Notes under the pieces: generated by a model
Told to the model about the DNA's origin: nothing
Seen by the model: only the letters and a program-made list of their open reading frames with translations
Databases searched by the model: none
Shown here: in pieces, positions 1 to 10,028 of the stretch
Layout of the letters: every line of letters begins with the position of its first letter
How positions within the stretch are numbered: position 1 is the stretch's first letter
Program-made: the position numbers and the translations under genes
From: an uncultured Alphaproteobacteria bacterium
GTDB taxonomy: Bacteria > Pseudomonadota > Alphaproteobacteria > ATCC43930 > CGMCC-115725
Direction: 5' to 3'
DNA length: 64,000 nt
NCBI GenBank assembly: GCA_963775875.1
Contig: CAVZKP010000031.1
Location: 29,720 to 93,719 of the forward strand

Positions 1-93
1 CGGGCGGAAGACGGGATCGACATAGCGCTCGATGACTTCCGCCGCCGGCATCACATGCGTATCGGTGTCGAATACCTTGAAGCCATTTTTCAT
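1..93 (-). CDS. amidohydrolase-family protein, first 31 codons only (gene continues past the left edge)
   Basis: Reverse complement of 1-93 reads MKNGFKVFDTDTHVMPAAEVIERYVDPVFRP. The ATG (91-93) is preceded by GGAGACGGAGA. The F-D-T-D-T-H-V opening is typical of amidohydrolase-2 type metal hydrolases. It is absent from the ORF track because it is truncated. Confidence 0.45.
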   Translation of the reverse strand, partial: MKNGFKVFDTDTHVMPAAEVIERYVDPVFRP

Positions 94-363
94 TCTCCGT
101 CTCCTTTGCGCTTTTCGGCGCGGTAGTCCTCAAGCAGCCTGCGGCGATTATAGCGCGGAACCTCAAGCGCACGCCTGTCTCCCGCAGCGTGCCCCAAGAG
201 CGATTGACGCCGAGCGTTCCTCCCGCGTCGAGGACCAAACCCGAGTGGAGGCGCGAGGCAACAGATTCCGAAGCGCATCTATCCGAATGCGCTGGGCCTT
301 GGCCGATACCTGGAATACGCATCCCAGATTGGCGGTGCCTGGTAACGGCTTCTGGCCGGCGGT

Positions 364-1746
364 TCAGCAGGTTCGGGTTGCGGTGTGGCGGAGCCTTGCC
401 GCCGGATGGTTGGCCGGCAAACGGGCCTGGCCGGCAGCAAAGAGTTTCTCGCGCAAGGTGCCCGGCGCGTAGTCGAGCTTATAGACGCCGCGCCGCTGCA
501 ATTCCGGCACGACTAAATCCACGATGTCCGAGAAAGTTTCCGGTGTGACCGCGTAAGCCAGGTTGAAACCGTCGATGTCGGTCTCCGCCATCCAGGCTTG
601 TAATTCGTCGGCGATCTCGTTGAACGAGCCTACAATAACCGGCCCGCGCCCGCCGATTGCCGCGTGCCGGGCAATCTCCCGAACCGTCCAGCTGCGCTCC
701 GGGTCCGCGATGGTGAAGGCTTCCAGCGCCGAAGTCATCGCATCGCGCCGGTCAAACCGTACCGGCTGGTCCGGCGGCAGGGTGGAGAAATCGACCCCTG
801 TCCACCCGGACATCAAGGCCAGTGCGCCCTCCTCGCTGACATAGCGCAAATAGTCTTGCAGCTTCTCGTGAGCTGTCTGGCGCGTTGCTGCGGTAATAAC
901 AGTCATCATCGCGAAGATCAGGATCTGTGCTGGGTCGCGGCCGCACGCGGCAGCGCGGCGTCGAATATCAGCGACGATGTTGGCGATGACCTTCTTTGAG
1001 GGACCATTGATGAAAACGCATTCCGCGTGCTGGGCGGCGAATTGTCGGCCGCGGGTCGAGGCGCCGGCCTGGTACAGTACCGGCGTGCGCTGCGGGGACG
1101 GTTCGCAGAGGTGGATGGCGTCGAGCTGAAAATGCGGGCCATTATGGGTTACCCGGTGGATCCGGTCGGGATCGGCAAATTTCCGCGCTCGCCGGTCCCG
1201 CAGCACCGCTCCATCCTCCCAGCTCGCCTCCCACAGCTTGTAGACCGCCTGCAGGTAGTCCTCGGCGATCTCGTACCGCATATCGTGGCCTTCCTGCTTG
1301 CCCAGGCCCATGCCGCGCGCAGCGCTCTCGAGATACCCGGTGACGATGTTCCAGCCGATGCGGCCTTTGGTCAGATGGTCCAAGGTCGACATCCGGCGGG
1401 CGAACGGGTAGGGATGCTCGTAGGTTATGGCGCAGGTCACGCCGAAGCCAAGATTGCGGGTGACATAGGCCATCGCCGGGATGACCATCAACGGATCATT
1501 CACCGGCACCTGCACCGCATTTTCCAATGCCGTGCGAGATGAACCTTGGTAAACGTCGTAAACACCCAGCACATCGGCCAGAAACAGGGCGTCGAATTTG
1601 CCTTTCTCCAGAATGCGGGCCAACTCCACCCAGTAATCCAGGCTGTTGTACCGGTCCGCCTGGTCGCGGGGATGGGTCCAGAGCCCAGGCGACTGATGGC
1701 CGACGCAGCTCATGTCGAATGCGTTCAGGCGGATCTGCTTGGGCAT
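364..1746 (-). CDS. FMN-dependent monooxygenase, NtaA/SnaA/DszA (nitrilotriacetate monooxygenase component A) class of luciferase-like monooxygenases
   Basis: ORF 364..1815, started at the internal MPKQIRLNAFDM (ATG 1744-1746). MPKQIRLNAFDMSCVGHQSPGLWTHPRD...YWVELARILEKGKFDALFLADVLG...RIGWNIVTGY is the hallmark N-terminal region of this family. Length is about 460 aa, as expected. Confidence 0.85.
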   Translation of the reverse strand: MPKQIRLNAFDMSCVGHQSPGLWTHPRDQADRYNSLDYWVELARILEKGKFDALFLADVLGVYDVYQGSSRTALENAVQVPVNDPLMVIPAMAYVTRNLGFGVTCAITYEHPYPFARRMSTLDHLTKGRIGWNIVTGYLESAARGMGLGKQEGHDMRYEIAEDYLQAVYKLWEASWEDGAVLRDRRARKFADPDRIHRVTHNGPHFQLDAIHLCEPSPQRTPVLYQAGASTRGRQFAAQHAECVFINGPSKKVIANIVADIRRRAAACGRDPAQILIFAMMTVITAATRQTAHEKLQDYLRYVSEEGALALMSGWTGVDFSTLPPDQPVRFDRRDAMTSALEAFTIADPERSWTVREIARHAAIGGRGPVIVGSFNEIADELQAWMAETDIDGFNLAYAVTPETFSDIVDLVVPELQRRGVYKLDYAPGTLREKLFAAGQARLPANHPAARLRHTATRTC

Positions 1747-1836
1747 CGCGATAATCAATACCCTGCTAGGGTGAGCTGCTGGTGATTTGCCGGGGTGGCG
1801 GTTCCCTGCAGGCATTTCGGTGTCGCGGCATGATAT

Positions 1837-2034
1837 TTATTGCGCCGCTTGGCCCAGGCAGTGGGCGGGGACGAACTTGCCGTTCGCGTAGCCGTCAGGA
1901 ACCCAGGGCACTCCCGCCTGGCAGGCATATGTCTGACCTGCATTTGTGGTCGGCGTGCACCCCGCCATTGTGGCAATCGCTGCGACGCGCATGATAAGGC
2001 CGGCGAACATCATGGCGAAAGAACGCCTGTCCAT
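1837..2034 (-). CDS. small putative lipoprotein, unknown function
   Basis: ORF 1837..2061 started at MDRRSFAMMFAGLIMRVAAIATMAGC (ATG 2032-2034). GGAGGAAGGG lies upstream. It has a signal peptide ending in a lipobox-like MAGC. I recognise no family. Confidence 0.45.
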   Translation of the reverse strand: MDRRSFAMMFAGLIMRVAAIATMAGCTPTTNAGQTYACQAGVPWVPDGYANGKFVPAHCLGQAAQ

Positions 2035-2136
2035 GACCCTTCCTCCTGCGGATGCACCCATTACCCGGCGCTCGCCTCGCGCGGCGAACGGTCGGGTATG
2101 CCGCGATGATAGGCCGGTCTGGCTGAATGGTCATGG

Positions 2137-2289
2137 CTAAACAGGTGGCGCCCTTCGCCCCGCCCGCCGTGCTTCGGCCTTCGGCGCGTCGGTGAGCTTC
2201 GGGGGTCGGCCCATGTGCTGGCCGCGCTGCTGCGCCCTGCTGCGGCCCTCGGCGGTGCGGGTGCGGATAAGGTCGCGCTCGATCAAAGC
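2137..2289 (-). pseudogene. serine recombinase (resolvase/invertase) C-terminal remnant
   Basis: The minus-strand frame reads ...ALIERDLIRTRTAEGRSRAQQRGQHMGRPPKLTDAPKAEARRAG.... This matches the conserved (F)ER(E/D)LI-x-(E/T)RT-x-x-G ... GR-x-PKLT linker of resolvase/Hin-type recombinases. No catalytic N-domain lies upstream (the frame closes at TAA 2374-2376). An HTH-like continuation appears only in another frame. Confidence 0.5.
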
Positions 2290-2414
2290 GGGGTGATCAG
2301 AACGCTCTACCCGCGGATTCCCTGCAACAACAACGAAAACCGCGGCGCGGATGGGCGGCGCAAACAGCTTGGGTTATGCTGCGCGGTCGAAGCGCCATCG
2401 AGAGGAGAGCCGCC

Positions 2415-3350
2415 TTGCCCCGCCGATTGAATGCCGCGGTGGCCCAGCTGGGGCCGATCCATCTGGCCGACAGCCGGGCCTCGGTGGTCAAGCGGCTGAT
2501 GGCGATGCTGCGCGAGGCATATGGGCGCGGCGCGCGCTTTGTCGTCTTTCCCGAGCTGGCGCTGACCACGTTCTTTCCGCGCTGGTGGATGACCGACCAG
2601 GCCGAGATCGACCGCTTTTTCGAGCGCGAGATGCCCAACGCCGAGACCCGGCCATTATTCGATCTGGCCAAGCAATTGGCTGTCGGGTTCTACCTCGGCT
2701 ATGCCGAGCTGACCGACGAAAACGGCCAACCGCGGCACTACAACACCTCGATCCTGGTCGATCGCGCCGGCCGCATCGTCGGCCGCTACCGCAAGATCCA
2801 TCTGCCCGGGCATTCAGAACATTTGCCCGAGGCCCCGTTCCAGCATCTCGAAAAGCGCTATTTCGATGTCGGCAACGAGGGCTTCAAGGTGTGGCGGGCG
2901 TTCGACGCGGTGGTCGGCATGTGCATCTGCAACGACCGGCGCTGGCCCGAGACCTATCGGGTCATGGGGTTGCAGGGGGCCGAGATCGTGGCGCTCGGCT
3001 ACAACACGCCGACCCTGAACATCCATCACCGCGAGCCGGAACATCTGCGGATGTTCCATCATCTGTTGTCGTTGCAGGCCGGGGCCTATCAGAACGCCGC
3101 CTGGGTATTGGCGGCGGCCAAAGGCGGCGCCGAGGACGGGTTTGCGATGATCGGCGGCTCGGCCATCGTCGCCCCCACCGGCGAGATCGCGGCCCAGGCG
3201 TTGAGCGAGGAAGACGAGGTCATCGCCGTCGATCTCGACCTCGATCTCGGCGACTATCTGCGCCGCACCGTGTTCAATTTCGAGAAGCACCGCCGCATCG
3301 AGCATTACCGCCTGATCACCGAGCGCACCGGGGCCGAGACCGAGGTTTGA
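2415..3350 (+). CDS. N-carbamoyl-D-amino-acid hydrolase (D-carbamoylase), nitrilase superfamily
   Basis: ORF 2376..3350. FVVFPELALTTFFPRWW...YNTSILVDRAGRIVGRYRKIHLPGH...PFQHLEKRYF...MCICNDRRWPETYRVMGLQGAEIV...GYNTPT...HHLLSLQAGAYQN is near-colinear with characterised Agrobacterium-type D-carbamoylases. The catalytic Cys sits in the CNDRRWPE context. TTG 2415 follows AGGAGAG (2403-2409); ATG 2376 is the alternative start. Confidence 0.85.
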   Translation: MPRRLNAAVAQLGPIHLADSRASVVKRLMAMLREAYGRGARFVVFPELALTTFFPRWWMTDQAEIDRFFEREMPNAETRPLFDLAKQLAVGFYLGYAELTDENGQPRHYNTSILVDRAGRIVGRYRKIHLPGHSEHLPEAPFQHLEKRYFDVGNEGFKVWRAFDAVVGMCICNDRRWPETYRVMGLQGAEIVALGYNTPTLNIHHREPEHLRMFHHLLSLQAGAYQNAAWVLAAAKGGAEDGFAMIGGSAIVAPTGEIAAQALSEEDEVIAVDLDLDLGDYLRRTVFNFEKHRRIEHYRLITERTGAETEV

Positions 3351-3471
3351 GCGCGCCTGGTCGCGACAAGAACCTTAACCCGGTGTGAAGCGGTTCACGC
3401 AGCTATGCGGCGCCTCCGGTTACAGCTGTCTTGGCCCAAATGACCGGCCTGAGACCTGGAGGAGGCAATCC

Positions 3472-3804
3472 ATGCCACGAAATGAAATCGGCAACCTGAC
3501 CCTCAAAATCGAACCGGAAGCGCTGCGGGCGATCATTGCCGAGGGCAGGCTGCTCGAATTTGTCGATACCGCCGCCAACGCCGCTCGGGCGCAGATCGCC
3601 GCGCAGATCGTCGATCAGCTCGCCCAAGCCTCGCTCGAACCGGCCGGGGCGCAGGGCGGGGTCGCGGTCGACTTCGCGCTGCTTTTCGAAGGCGGCGACT
3701 ACGGGACAAAACCCCACTGGCCGCATTTCGGGGTAACCCAGCTCGGCGAGGCCGAGGCCAGCGCCCTCAGCCGCGTCGCCGGCGCCGCGTCCCGCGCCGG
3801 GTAA
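3472..3804 (+). CDS. hypothetical 110-aa protein; possible substrate or partner of the downstream radical SAM enzyme
   Basis: ATG 3472 is preceded by GGAGGAGG. Third codon positions are G/C-rich. The N-terminal half looks helical (LTLKIEPEALRAIIAEGRLLEFVDTAANAARAQIAAQIVDQLAQ). The C-terminal half has an aromatic/His-rich stretch, FEGGDYGTKPHWPHFG. I recognise no family. Confidence 0.5.
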   Translation: MPRNEIGNLTLKIEPEALRAIIAEGRLLEFVDTAANAARAQIAAQIVDQLAQASLEPAGAQGGVAVDFALLFEGGDYGTKPHWPHFGVTQLGEAEASALSRVAGAASRAG

Positions 3805-3892
3805 TCCTCACCCGGCGCCGTCACGATCGCCTGGTTCGGTTTCGGCCGGACCGGGCGAACCCGGCAGATCCGTTCGAAAGCGAGTAGACGAC

Positions 3893-5023
3893 ATGGACAC
3901 CGCAAACGATCCCGGGCGGCGGCGCCGGCCGGGCACCCTGATGCTGCACCTGCTCGGCCGCTGCAACCTGACCTGCCGCCATTGCTACATGGACGGCTCG
4001 CCCGCCCGGCGCGAGGAACTGCCGCTGGCCCCGGTGCTGGCCGCGATCGGCGAATGCGAGGCGCTCGATATCGGCACGCTTTATTTGAGCGGCGGCGAGC
4101 CGCTGCTCTACCTGGGCATCGAGCAGGCTCTGGCGGCGGCGGCCAGGGTTCCGGGCCTCGAGATCACGGTCAGCACCAACGCCGTGCTGCTCACCCGCAA
4201 GCGCGCCGCGCTGATTGCGCAAGCCGGCGCGCGGATCAATGTGAGCATCGACGGCGAGCCCGAATATCACGACCATTTCCGCGGTCTCGCCGGCGCTTTT
4301 CAGGCGAGCCAAAAGGGCATCTGCAGAGCTGTCGATAGCGGCATCCGGGTAACCGTGATCAGCACGATTTCCCAGGGCAACCTTGGTTCGCTGCGATGGC
4401 TGGCGGAGTGGGCGGCGCAAATCGGCGCGGCCGAATTTCGCGTCCAGCCTTTGCTAAAGCTCGGCCGCGGGGTCGAGATCGCCGATCAGCGGCTGACCGC
4501 CGAGCAGACCCGGTCGATGCTGTTGCAGCTTTCCGATCTCGCCAACACCTACCGCCGGCGCGGCCTGAAATGCAGCCTGGTCGGGGTCAGCCGCGATTTC
4601 CTGCGGGCGCATCCCTGCGGCGCCTATGTCTGCAACGGCGCCGGCTGTCATCGCCGCATGGCCAAGGAGATCAAGAAGATCGTGGTTCGGGAGGACGGTA
4701 CGGTGCTGCCCGAAATGACCAACCTCGCCCCCGCCTTCGCGCTCGGCAATATCTGCGAGGATCGCCTCTCGAACCTGGTGAGCCGCTATTTCGAAGATGG
4801 GTATGACAATTTCGACCAGCTCTGCCGCACCACCTACGCGGATATCCTGCCGAGCTGGGACTCTCCCGTGGTGCCGTGGGACCAGATCGTCGCGGACAGA
4901 AGCTATTCCTGGAATGCCGTCGATCCGGCGCCCGCCGCCGCAGCGCCGGCATGCTCGATGTGCTCGCCGCCGCACGCCGCAGCGCGCCGGCATCGCGAGG
5001 ACCAGCGGCCGCCGCTGCAATAG
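3893..5023 (+). CDS. radical SAM protein with Cys-rich C-terminal (SPASM/twitch-like) region
   Basis: CNLTCRHC gives the CX3CX2C cluster at residues 24-31. LSGGEPLL is the SAM-binding GGE motif. The second Cys group is HPCGAYVCNGAGCHRR ... GNICEDRL ... QLCR. The exact start (ATG 3893 vs 3941) and the last ~40 aa (Ala/Pro/Arg-rich) are uncertain. Confidence 0.8.
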   Translation: MDTANDPGRRRRPGTLMLHLLGRCNLTCRHCYMDGSPARREELPLAPVLAAIGECEALDIGTLYLSGGEPLLYLGIEQALAAAARVPGLEITVSTNAVLLTRKRAALIAQAGARINVSIDGEPEYHDHFRGLAGAFQASQKGICRAVDSGIRVTVISTISQGNLGSLRWLAEWAAQIGAAEFRVQPLLKLGRGVEIADQRLTAEQTRSMLLQLSDLANTYRRRGLKCSLVGVSRDFLRAHPCGAYVCNGAGCHRRMAKEIKKIVVREDGTVLPEMTNLAPAFALGNICEDRLSNLVSRYFEDGYDNFDQLCRTTYADILPSWDSPVVPWDQIVADRSYSWNAVDPAPAAAAPACSMCSPPHAAARRHREDQRPPLQ

Positions 5024-5048
5024 GCGGAGGCATGCCCGCTCCGCCCTT

Positions 5049-5942
5049 TCACAACGGCACGGTGCCCCTGACCACGGTGCGGTGCAGGATGCGGCGCTCG
5101 CGGCCCATCTGGTAATTGGCGACGGCGCGGTGCAACAGGCAGCGGTTGTCCCACATCACCAGATCGCCGGTCTGCCAGCGATGCCGATAGACGAAGCGGG
5201 GCTGCGTCGCATGCGCCAGCAGCCCGTCGAGCAGGGTTTTGCCCTCGGCCGGCGAAAGCCCCTCGATATGCGAGGCGTGATTGCCGAGATAGAGCGCCTT
5301 GGCCCCGGTTTCGGGGTGGGTGCGCACCAGCGGATGGTCGACCGGCGGGCGATCGCGCCAGCCAGCCGGCGCCGCCGAGCCGGCGCCCGGATCGGCAAAG
5401 CCCGCTCCCCAGCGAAAAACCACGCGCAACCCGGCGATCCGCAGCCTGGTTTCCAGCGGCAGCGCGGCGTAGCCGAGCGCGGTGTTGGCGAACTCGGTGT
5501 CGCCGCCCGCCGCCGGCAGTTCGACCGCATAGAGCGTCGTCAGCATCGGCGGCACCGCGTGGTATGCCTTATCGGTGTGCCAGCGGTAATTGCTGACCGG
5601 GGAAGCGGAGCGGTCGACCGGGGTTCCGTCGCTGCCCAGATTGGAAATCACATGGGCCACGCCATACCGCTTGCCGGCAGCGGTCCGATCGCCATGCGGC
5701 TCGACCTCGCCAAACCCCGCCGAAAAGGCAAATTGCTGTTCCCGGCTCAGCGCCTGACCGCGAAAGATGACGAATTGGTGATCGCGGAAGGCGGCGAAGA
5801 TCCATTCGGTCAGCGCCGGCGACAGGGGCTGCGACAAATCGACCCCGGCGATGACCACCCCGCCGGCCGCCGACAGGCGCGGCCCGATGGCGGGTCCGCC
5901 GGTTGCGGCCAGGCCCGCGGTTACGCCGACTGTCTGCGGCAT
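5049..5942 (-). CDS. TauD/TfdA-family Fe(II)/2-oxoglutarate-dependent dioxygenase
   Basis: This is the C-terminal 298 aa of ORF 5049..6332. WHTDKAY (H-x-D), GGDTEFAN, HPETGAKALYLG and DLVMWDNRCLLHRA are the family signature. The start is placed at the second ATG (5940-5942), 8 nt after GGAGG; ATG 5946-5948 is the alternative. Confidence 0.8.
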   Translation of the reverse strand: MPQTVGVTAGLAATGGPAIGPRLSAAGGVVIAGVDLSQPLSPALTEWIFAAFRDHQFVIFRGQALSREQQFAFSAGFGEVEPHGDRTAAGKRYGVAHVISNLGSDGTPVDRSASPVSNYRWHTDKAYHAVPPMLTTLYAVELPAAGGDTEFANTALGYAALPLETRLRIAGLRVVFRWGAGFADPGAGSAAPAGWRDRPPVDHPLVRTHPETGAKALYLGNHASHIEGLSPAEGKTLLDGLLAHATQPRFVYRHRWQTGDLVMWDNRCLLHRAVANYQMGRERRILHRTVVRGTVPL

Positions 5943-6010
5943 CGCCATCCCCTCCGCCTCGCCGATGCGGGTCCGACCATGAGCCCGCCGCGGCGCTGCG
6001 GCAAGACGCC

Positions 6011-6262
6011 TCAAAAATCGGTGCAGCGGCCGTTGTACTCCCAATCGCCATAGCGGGTTGGTTCCGGGCCGGTCGGGCCGCCGATTTCCTTTGGCGCCGG
6101 GGCTGCCGGCAGCGGGACTAGTGGCGCCGGGACTAGCGGGGTAGGGACTGGCGGGGTGGGGACTGGCGAGGTAGGGACTGGCGAGATGGAGATTGCCGGC
6201 GCGGCGGTATCGGGCGCCGCGGGCGGGGATGGCGCGGTCTTTGGCGGCGAGCGGTTTTCCAT
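6011..6262 (-). CDS. DUF1674 (SDHAF4-like) family protein with Pro-rich pentapeptide repeats
   Basis: The C-terminus EIGGPTGPEPTRYGDWEYNGRCTDF is the DUF1674 signature. The N-terminal part is a low-complexity SPVPT/PLVPA repeat. Start taken at MENRS (6260-6262); no clear SD. Confidence 0.65.
   Translation of the reverse strand: MENRSPPKTAPSPPAAPDTAAPAISISPVPTSPVPTPPVPTPLVPAPLVPLPAAPAPKEIGGPTGPEPTRYGDWEYNGRCTDF
6114..6188. repeat. 5 x 15-bp imperfect tandem repeat (unit GGGACTGGCGRGGTR), in frame inside the DUF1674 gene
   Basis: Units lie at 6114, 6129, 6144, 6159 and 6174. On the minus strand they encode the SPVPT/PPVPT/PLVPA pentapeptides. Confidence 0.9.
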
Positions 6263-6448
6263 GACCAAAATATGGCATCGAACCGGACGGCGGCAATTCC
6301 GGCCGCGCCACCCCATATCGCTCGGGAACCAAAACCGATCAGCGCCGTTTCTCCGGCACCTTCAGGAAACCGGCCCAGAACACACGCCCGCACATGCCGC
6401 ACTGCCGCCCGTTCATGCGATACCCGTTCATTCATTAGAAGAACCTTC

Positions 6449-7750
6449 ATGTCCCAAGCGCCGACTGCGCGTCATGCCGCCCTCGAACTGATCGGTGCGG
6501 TGCTCCGCCGCAAGCGCCCGCTCGACGACGCGATCGAGGAAAACGGGTCGATGCACCAGCTGTCCGGGCGCGATCGGGCGTTTGCCCGACTGCTGGTCGC
6601 CACCGCGCTGCGCCGGCTCGGCCAGATCGATGCGCTGATCGGGCTGTGCCTCAGCACCCCGCTGGCGCCGCGCGCCGCCGTGATCCACGACATCTTGCGG
6701 CTCGGCGTGGCTCAGCTGCTGTTTCTGCGGACCCCGCCCCATGCCGCGGTGGCAACCAGCGTCGATCTCGCCCACAGCCTCGGTTTTCTGTCGCACAAGG
6801 GTCTGGTCAACGCGGTGCTGCGACGGCTCAGCGTCGAGGGCGCCGAACGCGTCGGGGTGCAGGACGCGCCACGGCTCAATACCCCCGATTGGCTGTGGCG
6901 GTCGTGGAGCGGCAGCTATGGCGAGGATACCGCCCGGGCGATCGCGACGGCGCATCTCAAAGAGGCGCCGCTCGACCTGACCTTGCGCGAGGATGCCGAG
7001 GGCTGGTGCGGCAGATTGCAGGGAACCCTGCTGCCGACCGGAACCCTGCGCCGCCCGGCCGGTGGTTCGGTTGCCGCCCTTCCGGGCTATGCCGAGGGCG
7101 CCTGGTGGGTTCAGGATGCCGCCGCCGCCCTGCCGGCGCGGCTGTTCGGCGAGCTTGCCGGACGCGAGGTCGTCGATCTGTGCGCGGCTCCCGGCGGCAA
7201 GAGCGCCCAGCTCGCCAGCGCCGGGGCGCGGGTGACCGCGATCGATCGCTCGACCCGCCGGCTCGACCGGCTGATCGCCAATTTCGGTCGGCTCAGCCTG
7301 CCGATCGAGGCGGTGGTGGCCGATGCGCTGGCCTGGCGTCCGCCGCACCCGATCGACGCCGTTCTGCTCGATGCCCCGTGCACCACGACCGGCGCCATCC
7401 GCCGCCATCCGGACGTGCCGTATCTCAAAGCGCCGGAGGATGTCGCCCGCCTTTCGGTGGTGCAGGAAAATCTGCTGCGCGCCGCCATCGACATGCTGCA
7501 GCCGGGCGGCATCCTGGTCTATTGCACCTGCTCGCTGGAACCGGAGGAGGGGCCGCAGCGGATCGAAGCGCTGTTGCGGACCGGCGCGCCGGTAGCCCGC
7601 GCCGGCATCGACCCCGGCGAGGTCGGCGCCAACCCCGATTGGATCACCGCCGAGGGCGATCTGCGGACCTTGCCGTGCCACTTTGCCGAATTTGACGGGG
7701 TGGACGGCTTCTTTTGCGCGCGGCTGGTCAAGCGCGCCGCCTGCGCCTGA
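6449..7750 (+). CDS. rsmB: RsmB/Sun-family 16S rRNA (cytosine-C5)-methyltransferase
   Basis: ORF 6272..7750 started at MSQAPTARHAALELIGAVLRRKRPLDD (ATG 6449), a NusB-like N-domain. DLCAAPGGKS (SAM motif I), LLDAPCTTTGAIRRHPD and YCTCSLEPEEG carry the two catalytic Cys motifs. Confidence 0.75.
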   Translation: MSQAPTARHAALELIGAVLRRKRPLDDAIEENGSMHQLSGRDRAFARLLVATALRRLGQIDALIGLCLSTPLAPRAAVIHDILRLGVAQLLFLRTPPHAAVATSVDLAHSLGFLSHKGLVNAVLRRLSVEGAERVGVQDAPRLNTPDWLWRSWSGSYGEDTARAIATAHLKEAPLDLTLREDAEGWCGRLQGTLLPTGTLRRPAGGSVAALPGYAEGAWWVQDAAAALPARLFGELAGREVVDLCAAPGGKSAQLASAGARVTAIDRSTRRLDRLIANFGRLSLPIEAVVADALAWRPPHPIDAVLLDAPCTTTGAIRRHPDVPYLKAPEDVARLSVVQENLLRAAIDMLQPGGILVYCTCSLEPEEGPQRIEALLRTGAPVARAGIDPGEVGANPDWITAEGDLRTLPCHFAEFDGVDGFFCARLVKRAACA

Positions 7751-7895
7751 CCCAGCGCCTGACCCCCCGGTCGCCGCCGAAGCCGGGTATTGCGGCATTC
7801 GCCGGCGCGGGTCCGGTTCCCCGCCCGGCGCCGATTCTTCAAATCCATCCCCCCTTTGCTCAGCCGAGGCTCGGGCCGTCGCGCCGCCCGGCTGC

Positions 7896-7924
7896 TTGAC
7901 AAGCCCGGAGGCCGCCTCTATCTA
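7896..7924 (+). promoter_or_regulatory. sigma70-type promoter of groESL
   Basis: TTGACA (7896-7901), a 17-nt spacer, then TATCTA (7919-7924), about 60 nt upstream of groES. Confidence 0.6.
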
Positions 7925-7952
7925 GGCAGCACTCTCGGGTAAAGAGTGCCAA
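7924..7952 (+). promoter_or_regulatory. CIRCE operator (HrcA binding site)
   Basis: AGGCAGCACTC-tcgggtaaa-GAGTGCCAA compares with the consensus TTAGCACTC-N9-GAGTGCTAA. It lies directly after the -10 box and before groES. Confidence 0.8.
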
Positions 7953-7986
7953 TCGCAGTATTAGATCGTCGTTCGAGGAGGATTTC

Positions 7987-8301
7987 ATGAAATTTCGTCC
8001 GCTGCATGACCGTGTGGTGATCCGGCGCGTCGAGGAGGAAGAAAAGAGCAAGGGCGGCATCATCATCCCCGACACGGCCAAGGAAAAGCCGATGGAAGGC
8101 GAGGTGGTGGCCGCCGGTCCGGGCGCGCGCGGCGAGGATGGCAAGATCCAGCCGATGGATGTCAAGGCGGGCGACCGGGTGCTGTTCGGCAAATGGTCGG
8201 GCACCGAGGTCAAGCTCGATGGCGAAGAGCTGATCATCATGAAGGAATCCGACATCATGGGGGTGATCGAGCACGCCGCCGCCGCGAAAAAGGTCGCTTG
8301 A
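7987..8301 (+). CDS. groES: co-chaperonin GroES
   Basis: [44 protein letters not shown]...[28 protein letters not shown]; 104 aa. Confidence 0.97.
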   Translation: MKFRPLHDRVVIRRVEEEEKSKGGIIIPDTAKEKPMEGEVVAAGPGARGEDGKIQPMDVKAGDRVLFGKWSGTEVKLDGEELIIMKESDIMGVIEHAAAAKKVA

Positions 8302-8311
8302 GGAGAATTGA

Positions 8312-9961
<1,650 letters not shown>

Positions 9962-9986
9962 ATCCCGCCGCAGCTGCGAACCACAA

Positions 9987-10028
9987 GGGCCGTCCGTCCG
10001 CGCCAAACGCGGGCGGGCGGCTTTTTTT
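9987..10028 (+). terminator. rho-independent terminator of groESL
   Basis: A GC-rich imperfect hairpin, gggccgtccgtccgcg-ccaaa-cgcgggcgggcggc, is followed by TTTTTTT (10022-10028). Confidence 0.75.

Noticed and set aside
90-548. ORFs 32-472 (+), 90-278 (-) and 189-548 (+) in the first 550 nt
   Set aside because: They overlap the real minus-strand genes (the amidohydrolase N-terminus and the NtaA-type 3' end) or lie in the short spacer. Their composition is shadow-frame-like.
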